Source: Candidatus Nanohaloarchaea archaeon (lineage in GTDB: Archaea; Nanohalarchaeota; Nanosalinia; Nanosalinales; Nanosalinaceae). Taken from it: a stretch of 24,205 nucleotides of DNA. The translations under genes were made by a program, and so were the position numbers. The stretch is taken from contig JBEQAY010000014.1 of the NCBI GenBank assembly GCA_041640075.1, forward strand, positions 1 to 24,205. The letters run 5' to 3'. This document shows, piece after piece, positions 8,017 through 15,588 of the stretch (position 1 is the stretch's first letter; every line of letters begins with the position of its first letter). The notes beneath the pieces were generated by a model. The model was given only the letters and a program-made list of their open reading frames with translations, searched no databases and had not been told where the DNA came from.

Positions 8017-9546
8017 ATGAGAAGACCGGTTTTTCTTGCTCTAGTCATCATCATTTTTTCCTCGATTGTATCGGCAGGCGCCGTCATAAACTCTGATAAC
8101 TGGAGAGATATAGGTAAAGGGATAGAAAGGGCAGGGGAAATACAGGAAGATTTCTTTGTAGTTGATTCGCCTGGTGAGCTTTACGTGGCAGAGAGTACAC
8201 TTCAGGGCGATCAAGTGCTTTTCAATACAGATTCGCCGGCTCTTGCAGGTATTGAAACAAGGTCAGCAATTAACTTCGCCAGAACTGAGAGTATTTCGTG
8301 GGAAGAAATCAGGGAATCCGATAGTTACGTCGTGATTAAACCAGACTTCGGCACCGACATGGTTTCTGTACTGCCATACGTTATCCAGCGAAACAGTTCC
8401 ATAATATTCTACAGGGATGAACTTAGACAGCGAATAGAAGAACTTGAAGGAGAAAAGCTTTTTTACGGAGATTATTCGTTTGAGCCCGGGCAGTATTTCG
8501 ATGATGTGGAGCACCTGGATCGTGGCTGGCAGGAAAACAATTTTGAGATAGTTTCCAGGTTGGAAAGTAACTGGGCGACAATCTCGCCAAGAACATACTT
8601 CAATCCAGAGGTCTTATCGGAAAATGACCCTGTCCTCCTGAAGTCTGATCTGAGGGAGATGTCTAGCTTCCTTGAAGATTCCTCAATAGAGAATCTCAGA
8701 GTCATTGGCTACAGCAATCTTGTATACGCCCAGAGACTCAAGGATATGACAACTAAGGACCTGAATATCGCCGTAAAGACAGGCAGAGTATTCACGGGAA
8801 GTTCAGAACTTGATGGCAGGTATGATCTAAAGAAGATAGACATACCACACAGATCCTACAGCTTGGAGATTGGCTCCACATCAATTGACAGGAACAACTC
8901 CGATATAGAAGTCAAGCTTGTCAACACCGGCAGTACTGACAGAAGGGTAGTGATACATGGTAATCTTTCCGAGGAACAGTTCAGATCTGATGATATCGCG
9001 GTACCATCCTTCACGTCACTTGTTTACAGAATAGGTTTCGAAGGAGAGTACAATAACAGCTTGAATCTAAGTGTCAACCCGGAAACAGGTGAATCCCTTA
9101 CCTTGGACGCTCAACCTGGTGTTGGTTCAGATACTGCATCTGAAAAGCAGTTTGCTGTCAACAACAGAACTTACAACGCGTCAAAAGATGTTCTCAAGGT
9201 GAACGTTGGTGTAACTTCTGATAGCCCTAGATGGGTGATGTTGCAGTCAAGAGGTAAATACGAAAAAGAGTTTTTGGAACCGGGTACGAATAAGACGATT
9301 ACACTTGACTACATCGATGAAGACCATCAAGAGTACAGCGTCATGGGTGGAGGATTCGAAAACCAGTTCAACAGCTTCAGTTCCTACAGTATTGATGAAA
9401 GTTTCCTTTTTGGAACAAATGAGCTAGGATTCAGACTCCTCATCGTCTTCGCTCTCTTCATCTTCTTCCTCCTGGCTGTCGCTGCTGTAAAGTTCCGTAA
9501 GCTTATCCCGCTTGAGATACGCAACCACGAGAATCAGGAGGAGTAG
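8017..9546 (+). CDS. Membrane-anchored surface protein, paralog of 9424..11202 (CWB2-like N-region, two Ig-like domains, TM)
   Basis: The likely start is the ATG at 8017, giving the signal peptide MRRPVFLALVIIIFSSIVSA. Mature start VINSDNWRD matches LINSNDWED in the paralog. It has Ig-like IEVKLVNTGS and a C-terminal TM LLIVFALFIFFLLAVAAV-KFRK. Confidence 0.8.
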   Translation: MRRPVFLALVIIIFSSIVSAGAVINSDNWRDIGKGIERAGEIQEDFFVVDSPGELYVAESTLQGDQVLFNTDSPALAGIETRSAINFARTESISWEEIRESDSYVVIKPDFGTDMVSVLPYVIQRNSSIIFYRDELRQRIEELEGEKLFYGDYSFEPGQYFDDVEHLDRGWQENNFEIVSRLESNWATISPRTYFNPEVLSENDPVLLKSDLREMSSFLEDSSIENLRVIGYSNLVYAQRLKDMTTKDLNIAVKTGRVFTGSSELDGRYDLKKIDIPHRSYSLEIGSTSIDRNNSDIEVKLVNTGSTDRRVVIHGNLSEEQFRSDDIAVPSFTSLVYRIGFEGEYNNSLNLSVNPETGESLTLDAQPGVGSDTASEKQFAVNNRTYNASKDVLKVNVGVTSDSPRWVMLQSRGKYEKEFLEPGTNKTITLDYIDEDHQEYSVMGGGFENQFNSFSSYSIDESFLFGTNELGFRLLIVFALFIFFLLAVAAVKFRKLIPLEIRNHENQEE

Positions 9547-11202
9547 TCCTGCTCCAGCCAGCGCGGCTGGAGGTATTCCACTCTCTACCTCAAGTTCTTC
9601 TGAGAGTTCCCTGGAGTTTACTAGGGTTCCCTGATCTTCTCCATATGTGAGGATAGTATCAATTTCCTCGTTCTCTTGTAGATCTATCCTGTCCAGTTCA
9701 GCAGCTATATAGAAAGTATTCTGTTCGCCTGGCATAATCTGCTCCTGTTCTGTGCTGAAAGAGTTTGACTCTCCTGTTATCATCACATTCCTTAGTCTTA
9801 CCTGTCCATAGGCCGGTACATCCCCACTGTTCTGTACCTGTACCGCAAACCGGTCAAGGTTCTCCAAATACTTGACTGATTTTACGGTCAGGTTACTTTC
9901 ATCGTTTATCTGTGCAACAGCAAGCTCCTTGGTCAAAGGTGGACTGAAAGTGCCTGCCTCAGTGAGATACGTATCCAGCTGGCTTGGTGAAGGACCATAC
10001 GTCGTAGAGAACTCGATTTGAGAGTTCTCATAGTCTGAAGAGGAAAGATTAACGTCATAACCTATAGTTCTGTTGGAGTTCCCGCCTATAAACACTGATT
10101 CTTCATCTCCTCCTCTCGCTATTGTCTGGCCTGACTGTATAATCCTGAAGGAGGTAAGCTGATACATTCTCGTAGATGCGTTGTTCCGATATTTTATGAA
10201 TAATCTGTCCTCTTCCGGATCGTAGGATGCTCTAGGTATCGAAAGATGAAGTTCTCCGGTAGGCAGAGGGAACTGGCTGATAGCATAGATCTGGTTTGAA
10301 TCCCCTCTTGCCTGACCGTACTTGATGAAGGTACCGATCTGCTCACTGGTTGTCTCACCGTTTCTCGTAATATTCATATCACTCAAATCCTGAGCTACGG
10401 AGGTCATCTGAGGTCCCAGTACCACGGCCGAGTCAATACCATGCTGCGGATCCTCCAGAAGAAACTCTTCGACGGATTCCGGCACAAAGTTTGTACCGGA
10501 GATCAGGACAGGTGACTGCCCTCTAACAACGTCTTTATTGATGAAATCACCTGATGTAAGATACACTCGTGAAAAGTCTTCCTGCTTCAAAGTCTCTTTG
10601 GCAACCTTAACGGATAGATTGAACTTGTTCGGGGAAAGAATCTGTTGGTCTGCCTGATCACTCAGCACATCACTTATCTCTCTATTGAAGTCTCCTATCA
10701 TGGTGACTTCGCCTTCATCGTCTATAAGCGAATTAACTTCCAGGAGATTACCCTGATTTACTATGACCACCCAGGCATCATTGACCTCTGCATAGTTCGA
10801 AGCTATCAGGGAGGCAGCCGGGTAATCCTCGGGCACAATCACGATATCCTGCTCTCCTTCCGGCATGAGGTCAAGAGTGAAGGAGTTATACTCGCTTGAA
10901 TTGCCTACGGTGTAATCAGCGGCCTCAAGTCGTGAAACAGGATTCGAGACCACAGGATTTCCCTCAGAACTCAATACGTTGATGGGGTCGCCGTAAGGAA
11001 CAATGTTCAAGACACCCATGTTCGGATTCTTGATGGCGTAAGGAGTGCGATTATCTCCATAGGAATGTCTCATCCCTGAATAAACGTCCTCCCAGTCATT
11101 AGAATTGATAAGATAGGTAGATGAAACAGCTGGAACAACAAGAACTAAAATCAGCGCTATGAGAAAAGCTTTCCCACCTAAATCACTGAATGGACATTTC
11201 AC
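9424..11202 (-). CDS. Membrane-anchored surface protein (CWB2-like N-region, two Ig-like domains, TM, acidic tail)
   Basis: The signal peptide is AFLIALILVLVVPAVSS. Alpha/beta repeats include IVIVPEDYPAASLIASNYA..VTMIG and VYLTSGD..PVLISGTNFVPESVEEFL..AVVLG. Ig-like segments LFIKYRNN and FAVQVQNSG precede the TM AALAGAGLLLLILVVAYL-KR. Confidence 0.85.
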   Translation of the reverse strand: MKCPFSDLGGKAFLIALILVLVVPAVSSTYLINSNDWEDVYSGMRHSYGDNRTPYAIKNPNMGVLNIVPYGDPINVLSSEGNPVVSNPVSRLEAADYTVGNSSEYNSFTLDLMPEGEQDIVIVPEDYPAASLIASNYAEVNDAWVVIVNQGNLLEVNSLIDDEGEVTMIGDFNREISDVLSDQADQQILSPNKFNLSVKVAKETLKQEDFSRVYLTSGDFINKDVVRGQSPVLISGTNFVPESVEEFLLEDPQHGIDSAVVLGPQMTSVAQDLSDMNITRNGETTSEQIGTFIKYGQARGDSNQIYAISQFPLPTGELHLSIPRASYDPEEDRLFIKYRNNASTRMYQLTSFRIIQSGQTIARGGDEESVFIGGNSNRTIGYDVNLSSSDYENSQIEFSTTYGPSPSQLDTYLTEAGTFSPPLTKELAVAQINDESNLTVKSVKYLENLDRFAVQVQNSGDVPAYGQVRLRNVMITGESNSFSTEQEQIMPGEQNTFYIAAELDRIDLQENEEIDTILTYGEDQGTLVNSRELSEELEVESGIPPAALAGAGLLLLILVVAYLKRDKLTELYSSDSQEEEDEESEDDEESES

Positions 11203-11226
11203 AACTATTCATTAGATAAAATAATT

Positions 11227-11232
11227 AAAAAA
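11227..11232 (-). terminator. Putative archaeal oligo-T terminator after the 235-aa gene
   Basis: On the minus strand the stop codon is followed by the pyrimidine-rich TTCCCCTACTC and then TTTTTT. Confidence 0.5.
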
Positions 11233-11243
11233 GAGTAGGGGAA

Positions 11244-11951
11244 CTATGGCAACTGCAGGTAGAAGTTGAAGGTTTCAGCTGCACTGTTCTGCCCTACACC
11301 GACAAGCATCTGGTAATTGAAGTTGGATCCAGTGAATCCTGAAGTAGATGAAGTTCCATTTGCTACGTAAACCGGTGAATCTGTAGTGTCTCCGTTCTCA
11401 TAGAGCAGTGTAGTGAAAACAGACTTTGGTCCGCTTGGCCCGAAAGTCTCCACTGCCTGAGTTGCAGTGTTAGGTGCTCCTACAGGTGCTGGAGATGAAG
11501 GGTTCTTACTGTAATTAAAAGTTCTCGTCGCATTTGCTACTCCTGTGTCGAATCCGCCGTCTGGATCCCATGTATCGAGCAGAGTGTTAGGGTCTGAAAC
11601 CGCGCTCAAAGATGTTGGTGCTGCAGCGCTTGAAGGAGTGGCGAATACCCACGCATTGTCGAAGCTCTGTGCTGTCCACTCGAAGAATGTTCCGCTTGAA
11701 GATCCGAGAACTTTTGAAGCGGATATCGCTCCGTAGAAACCTGCCCATTTATCAGTATTCTGTGAGTCAGAGATGTCGACCTGAGAGACATTACCTGCTG
11801 CTATGGCGGCTTCTCCCGGTCCGCTGGTGCTCTGAGATTGGTTTGCCGGCCCCACTGTAGTGGTGGCTCCGGATGGCTGAGCGGTTGCTGCGAATGAGAA
11901 CAGTGTTAGGGTTGTCGCTATTATTGCAACTCTGGTAAATGTTGATTCCAT
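11244..11951 (-). CDS. Secreted Ser/Thr/Ala/Gly-rich single-domain protein, W-x-G-x-Y-G family (putative major filament subunit)
   Basis: The signal peptide ends ATA/QP. Motifs are IAAGNVSQVDI, KWAGFYGAI, FFEW, VFAT, FNYQMLV and FNFYLQLP. There is no TM anchor, and the gene has its own promoter-like and terminator-like signals. Confidence 0.85.
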   Translation of the reverse strand: MESTFTRVAIIATTLTLFSFAATAQPSGATTTVGPANQSQSTSGPGEAAIAAGNVSQVDISDSQNTDKWAGFYGAISASKVLGSSSGTFFEWTAQSFDNAWVFATPSSAAAPTSLSAVSDPNTLLDTWDPDGGFDTGVANATRTFNYSKNPSSPAPVGAPNTATQAVETFGPSGPKSVFTTLLYENGDTTDSPVYVANGTSSTSGFTGSNFNYQMLVGVGQNSAAETFNFYLQLP

Positions 11952-11969
11952 AGGTACAAATTATTCTGG

Positions 11970-11990
11970 TTATTAAAAAAGGTTCCTTTT
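11970..11990 (-). promoter_or_regulatory. Putative BRE/TATA promoter of the 235-aa gene
   Basis: The minus strand reads AAAAGGAACC-TTTTTTAATAA, a purine-rich element followed by a TATA-like box 20-29 bp before the ATG at 11951. Confidence 0.55.
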
Positions 11991-11992
11991 GA

Positions 11993-12979
11993 TCACAGGG
12001 CACCGTACCTGCTGTAGATGAACATCTCCGAGATGACCATTCCGGAGATCAAGAGGAGTATGTAGAAGCTTGAGTCAACGTCTACATCCTGTGTCTGAGT
12101 GTAAGTGTTTTCAAGTGCTGCCTGGAAGAATGCACCATCCCCTGCCTCGTAGTACTTTCCACCGGAGGCTTCTGCGATTCTCTGGAGGCTTTCTGTCCTG
12201 TTCTGCGTAAGTCCTTCTTCGATACCGGCTTCTGCAAGTGTAAGGTTAAGTTGCTGGTAAAGTTGTTCGGTTTCGTTGTTGCGCGGTATCTCGAATATAT
12301 GTATCTCTGCTTCTGTTTCCTGAGCCATTTTAAGAGAACTGTTTATCTCTGCCTGGCTCATATCTTTTCCGTCCGTCACCATCAGAATTTTCTTGTTTTC
12401 ATTTGACTCTCCTAGGCTGAGTGCTCTTCTGATCGAGTTATTTATATTCGTACCTGTCTGTTCTAGGTTTACGTCTGCCTCTCCTACTGCATCAAGTATC
12501 TCGTTCTCGTTCAGCGTCATAAGAGTTAGAACTTCAGTGCCGCTTGAGAACTCCAGTACACTCATCCTCGCCCTGAAAGGCAGGTCCTCTATCCATTCAC
12601 GGATCTCTCTCTTGGCGTAATCTATCCTGGTCGGTTCATAGTCCGGTACAAGCATCGACTGGGATGTGTCTACAGCAATAACATAACTTGAATCTGTTAC
12701 AGGTTGTTCAGTCTCTATCTGAACCGAATCCGTAGCTGCAAGGAAGATCAGTGTAACTATTGCGATCTTGGCGATCAGTATTATCGGGCTCCCAAGGTTC
12801 TTGCTGTGGTGGACCTCTTTCAACGTCTTGTAGTTCCCGAGATTTGTCACCCTGTTTTTTCGAGCCTTTCTCATATAGAAGAAGGATACCACAGTTATCG
12901 CTATCAGCGCTGCCAGCATCAGGAAATCCTGGTTGTTCAAAAGAATTGTTATATCTACAGGGCCTACGCTGAATGCCAT
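11993..12979 (-). CDS. Membrane-bound VWA domain protein (BatA/BatB-like)
   Basis: Two N-terminal TMs precede a MIDAS motif (VIAVDTSQSM, PTRIDYAK, TGTNI, LMVTDG). LQRIAEASGGKYY and a C-terminal TM follow. Confidence 0.92.
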   Translation of the reverse strand: MAFSVGPVDITILLNNQDFLMLAALIAITVVSFFYMRKARKNRVTNLGNYKTLKEVHHSKNLGSPIILIAKIAIVTLIFLAATDSVQIETEQPVTDSSYVIAVDTSQSMLVPDYEPTRIDYAKREIREWIEDLPFRARMSVLEFSSGTEVLTLMTLNENEILDAVGEADVNLEQTGTNINNSIRRALSLGESNENKKILMVTDGKDMSQAEINSSLKMAQETEAEIHIFEIPRNNETEQLYQQLNLTLAEAGIEEGLTQNRTESLQRIAEASGGKYYEAGDGAFFQAALENTYTQTQDVDVDSSFYILLLISGMVISEMFIYSRYGAL

Positions 12980-12983
12980 CTTC

Positions 12984-13868
12984 TTACTTCTGCCTTTCGT
13001 CCAGATAAGTTGCTAATGATTTTGTAAAATCTTCATCTGTATGGGTTACCATGAAATCACCGCCGAGAGAGTGGCACCTGTCCTTTATTCTTTCCTCCTG
13101 TTCCAGGGCCTTCTGATTGTACTCCTCTCGTATCTCCTCGGTATTCACAAGCATCCTTTCTCCGTTGTCAGGACTGGCCAGATAGGCCTGTCCTACTCCT
13201 TCAGGTATTCTGGAGTCAAGAGGGTCTCTGACCATGATTGTGAAGGTGCCCTTGAACTTTTCGCTTGCCTGTACCAAGAACCTCTCTGCACCATCCAGAT
13301 CATCCACGAAATCTGAGATGACGAATATGAACGTCTCCTCATCATATCTAGGTATCAAGTATCTGCTGAGCTTTTCCCAGTCAGCTTCCCCTTCGTAAAC
13401 TCCTTCTTCATCTGATTCACCTGCTATTGCATACGGTACTTCATCGCTGAGTGTAGGAGACTTTGTCTCCTCTATATCGTCGGCAAAGGCCACAAATCCT
13501 ACTTTATCTCCTGCCTCAAGAGCTGTCTTGGCCAGAGTGGTACTAATTATGGAGGCGTAGTCGTGCTTGAGTATCTCTGTAGTCCCTACACTCATTGACT
13601 GAGAGAAATCCTGTACAATGATTACGTTTAGCAGTCTATCCTCCTGGAAAACCTTTGTGTAGAGTTTGCCGGTCCTTGCAAGGGAGTTCCAGTCTATAAG
13701 TCTTGCTTCATCTCCTGGAACGTACTTCCTCAACCTGTCGAACTCCACCCCAATACCTGTAACAATCTTCTTATATAGGACAAGCAGCCTTATCCGTTCT
13801 TTAAGTCTTATACTGTTCTTTTTGGCCTCCTTTATTATCTTGCTTCTTGAAAGATGTTTCTGGGTCAT
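12984..13868 (-). CDS. DUF58 domain protein (MoxR-associated, VWA-like)
   Basis: The signature GIGVEFDRLRKYVPGDEARLIDWNSLAR is present with DFSQSM, GDKVG and VISDF. It has an ATGA overlap with the MoxR gene. Confidence 0.93.
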   Translation of the reverse strand: MTQKHLSRSKIIKEAKKNSIRLKERIRLLVLYKKIVTGIGVEFDRLRKYVPGDEARLIDWNSLARTGKLYTKVFQEDRLLNVIIVQDFSQSMSVGTTEILKHDYASIISTTLAKTALEAGDKVGFVAFADDIEETKSPTLSDEVPYAIAGESDEEGVYEGEADWEKLSRYLIPRYDEETFIFVISDFVDDLDGAERFLVQASEKFKGTFTIMVRDPLDSRIPEGVGQAYLASPDNGERMLVNTEEIREEYNQKALEQEERIKDRCHSLGGDFMVTHTDEDFTKSLATYLDERQK

Positions 13869-15541
13869 TTAGGCTCCACGTAGTTTAGTATAGCATCTAC
13901 TACCTGGTTTTTGGACATCTCCTTCAGCTTTCCCTCATAGTTTAGCTGTATTCGATGCCTTAGAATTGGTTTAGCAGACTCCTTGACGTCCTCCGGTTTA
14001 GCAAAGTCTCTACCGTCAAGTATAGCCTTTGCAGAGGCTGCCAGGGAAAGCCAGATAGATGCTCGAGGTGAAGGCCCGTAATCAATATACTTGAGAACCT
14101 CTATACTCTTCTCGGATTCTCCTCTGGATGTTGTTATGATGTTTGTAATGTAGTCTCTGACATCGTCTGAGATATGGACCTCTCTGACATCCTCCTGAGC
14201 CTGCAGAATCTGCTCAGCATCCAGAACTTTTTCCAGCTGATCGAAGATGTCATTCTCCCTGATACTGTTTCTCAATAGTATCTCGTTTTCATCCTCCCTG
14301 TCGGGATAATTCAGTTCCAGCTTCATGAAAAACCTGTCCATAATAGCTTCTGGCAGCGGATAGGTACCTTTCTGCTCCACAGGGTTCTGGGTTGCAAGCA
14401 CCACGAAAGGAGGATCAAGCTGGAAGTCCTTCTTCTCTATGGAGACCTTCTTCTCCTGCATAACCTCCATCATAGCGGCCTGAGTCTTCGGCGGTGCACG
14501 GTTTATCTCGTCCGCAAGCAAAAAGTTGGTGAATACAGGTCCCTTGTTAATACGGAACTCTCCTTTTTTCTGATTGTATACTCTCTGACCGAGTATATCT
14601 GACGGAAGCATATCAGGCACGAACTGTATTCTGTTGTAAGCTGCACCTTCTACAGATCTACCAAGGCTTTCAACTAGAAGAGACTTCCCAAGTCCTGGAA
14701 CTCCTTCAAGCAGTATGTTTCCATCGCACATCAGTGAAATCACGACCCTCTCCACAACATCGTCCTGGCCGATAATAACCTGCTTCAGGTTCTCCTGGAG
14801 ACTCTCAAATGATGACTTGTGTTCCTCTATACGTCTCTGAAATTCCTCCTTACTGTCTCCATCTTCCTCATCTTCTTCATCGTCTCCATGGACTTCAACT
14901 TTCTGAGAATCAATATGGACGGCCTCTTCCTCGTCAACCAAGGAGTCTTCATCTATCTCTTCGTGATCTTCTGCGGTTTCTTCATCTTCTATCTCTTCAT
15001 TATTCTCTTTTTCTCCCGAATCGTCATCAGTTTCCTCATCCTCTTCCCCAATCAACTCCTCTTTCTCTTCATCTATCTTAATGTTCTTTGCTCTCTCAAG
15101 AGTTTCTTCTTTTACATCGAGGGTTTCCTCCTGATCCTGATGGTCTGACTCCGTGTCTGCTTCTCCTTCATCTTCTTTCTCTTCTGTTTCACCTCTCTTA
15201 TCTTCGGGCTCTTCATCTGAAACTTCATTTTCTTCCCCTATCTCTTCTACCTGATTCAATTTCTGTTTCGAATCATCTTCTTGTTCATTTTTTGCTTCTT
15301 CTCCGGTCTCCACCTGGTTTGTATCTTCTTCGGACTCTTGAGAGCTATTTACTTTTTCTGAAGGACTTATATCTTCTTCTGCATTTATCTCCCCTGCTTC
15401 AACAGTTTTATCCTCGTCTTCAACATGTAGCTGAAGATTTGCTGCTTCTTCTTCGGATATGTCCAGCTTATCGGCTAGTTCATCTGCAGAAGACGCCGGA
15501 CTTTTCTTAATAACCTCCTTTAGATCATCGATAGGAGCCAT
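13865..15541 (-). CDS. moxR: MoxR family AAA+ ATPase with a ~230-aa acidic N-terminal extension
   Basis: It contains VIIGQ, Walker A LLEGVPGLGKS, RIQFVPDMLPSDILG, Walker B LLADEINRAPPKTQ, ATQNPVEQKGTYPLPEA..DRF, GPSPRA and LRHRI. Confidence 0.96.
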   Translation of the reverse strand: MAPIDDLKEVIKKSPASSADELADKLDISEEEAANLQLHVEDEDKTVEAGEINAEEDISPSEKVNSSQESEEDTNQVETGEEAKNEQEDDSKQKLNQVEEIGEENEVSDEEPEDKRGETEEKEDEGEADTESDHQDQEETLDVKEETLERAKNIKIDEEKEELIGEEDEETDDDSGEKENNEEIEDEETAEDHEEIDEDSLVDEEEAVHIDSQKVEVHGDDEEDEEDGDSKEEFQRRIEEHKSSFESLQENLKQVIIGQDDVVERVVISLMCDGNILLEGVPGLGKSLLVESLGRSVEGAAYNRIQFVPDMLPSDILGQRVYNQKKGEFRINKGPVFTNFLLADEINRAPPKTQAAMMEVMQEKKVSIEKKDFQLDPPFVVLATQNPVEQKGTYPLPEAIMDRFFMKLELNYPDREDENEILLRNSIRENDIFDQLEKVLDAEQILQAQEDVREVHISDDVRDYITNIITTSRGESEKSIEVLKYIDYGPSPRASIWLSLAASAKAILDGRDFAKPEDVKESAKPILRHRIQLNYEGKLKEMSKNQVVDAILNYVEPK

Positions 15542-15588
15542 GGTATACCTATTAAAATCATTGAATTCCCCCAGTAATAAACTTAGGC

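Noticed and set aside
14809..15510. Hydrophobic plus-strand ORFs (14809, 14819, 15088) that look like membrane proteins
   Set aside because: They are antisense shadows of the GAA/GAT-rich MoxR extension, with no independent support.
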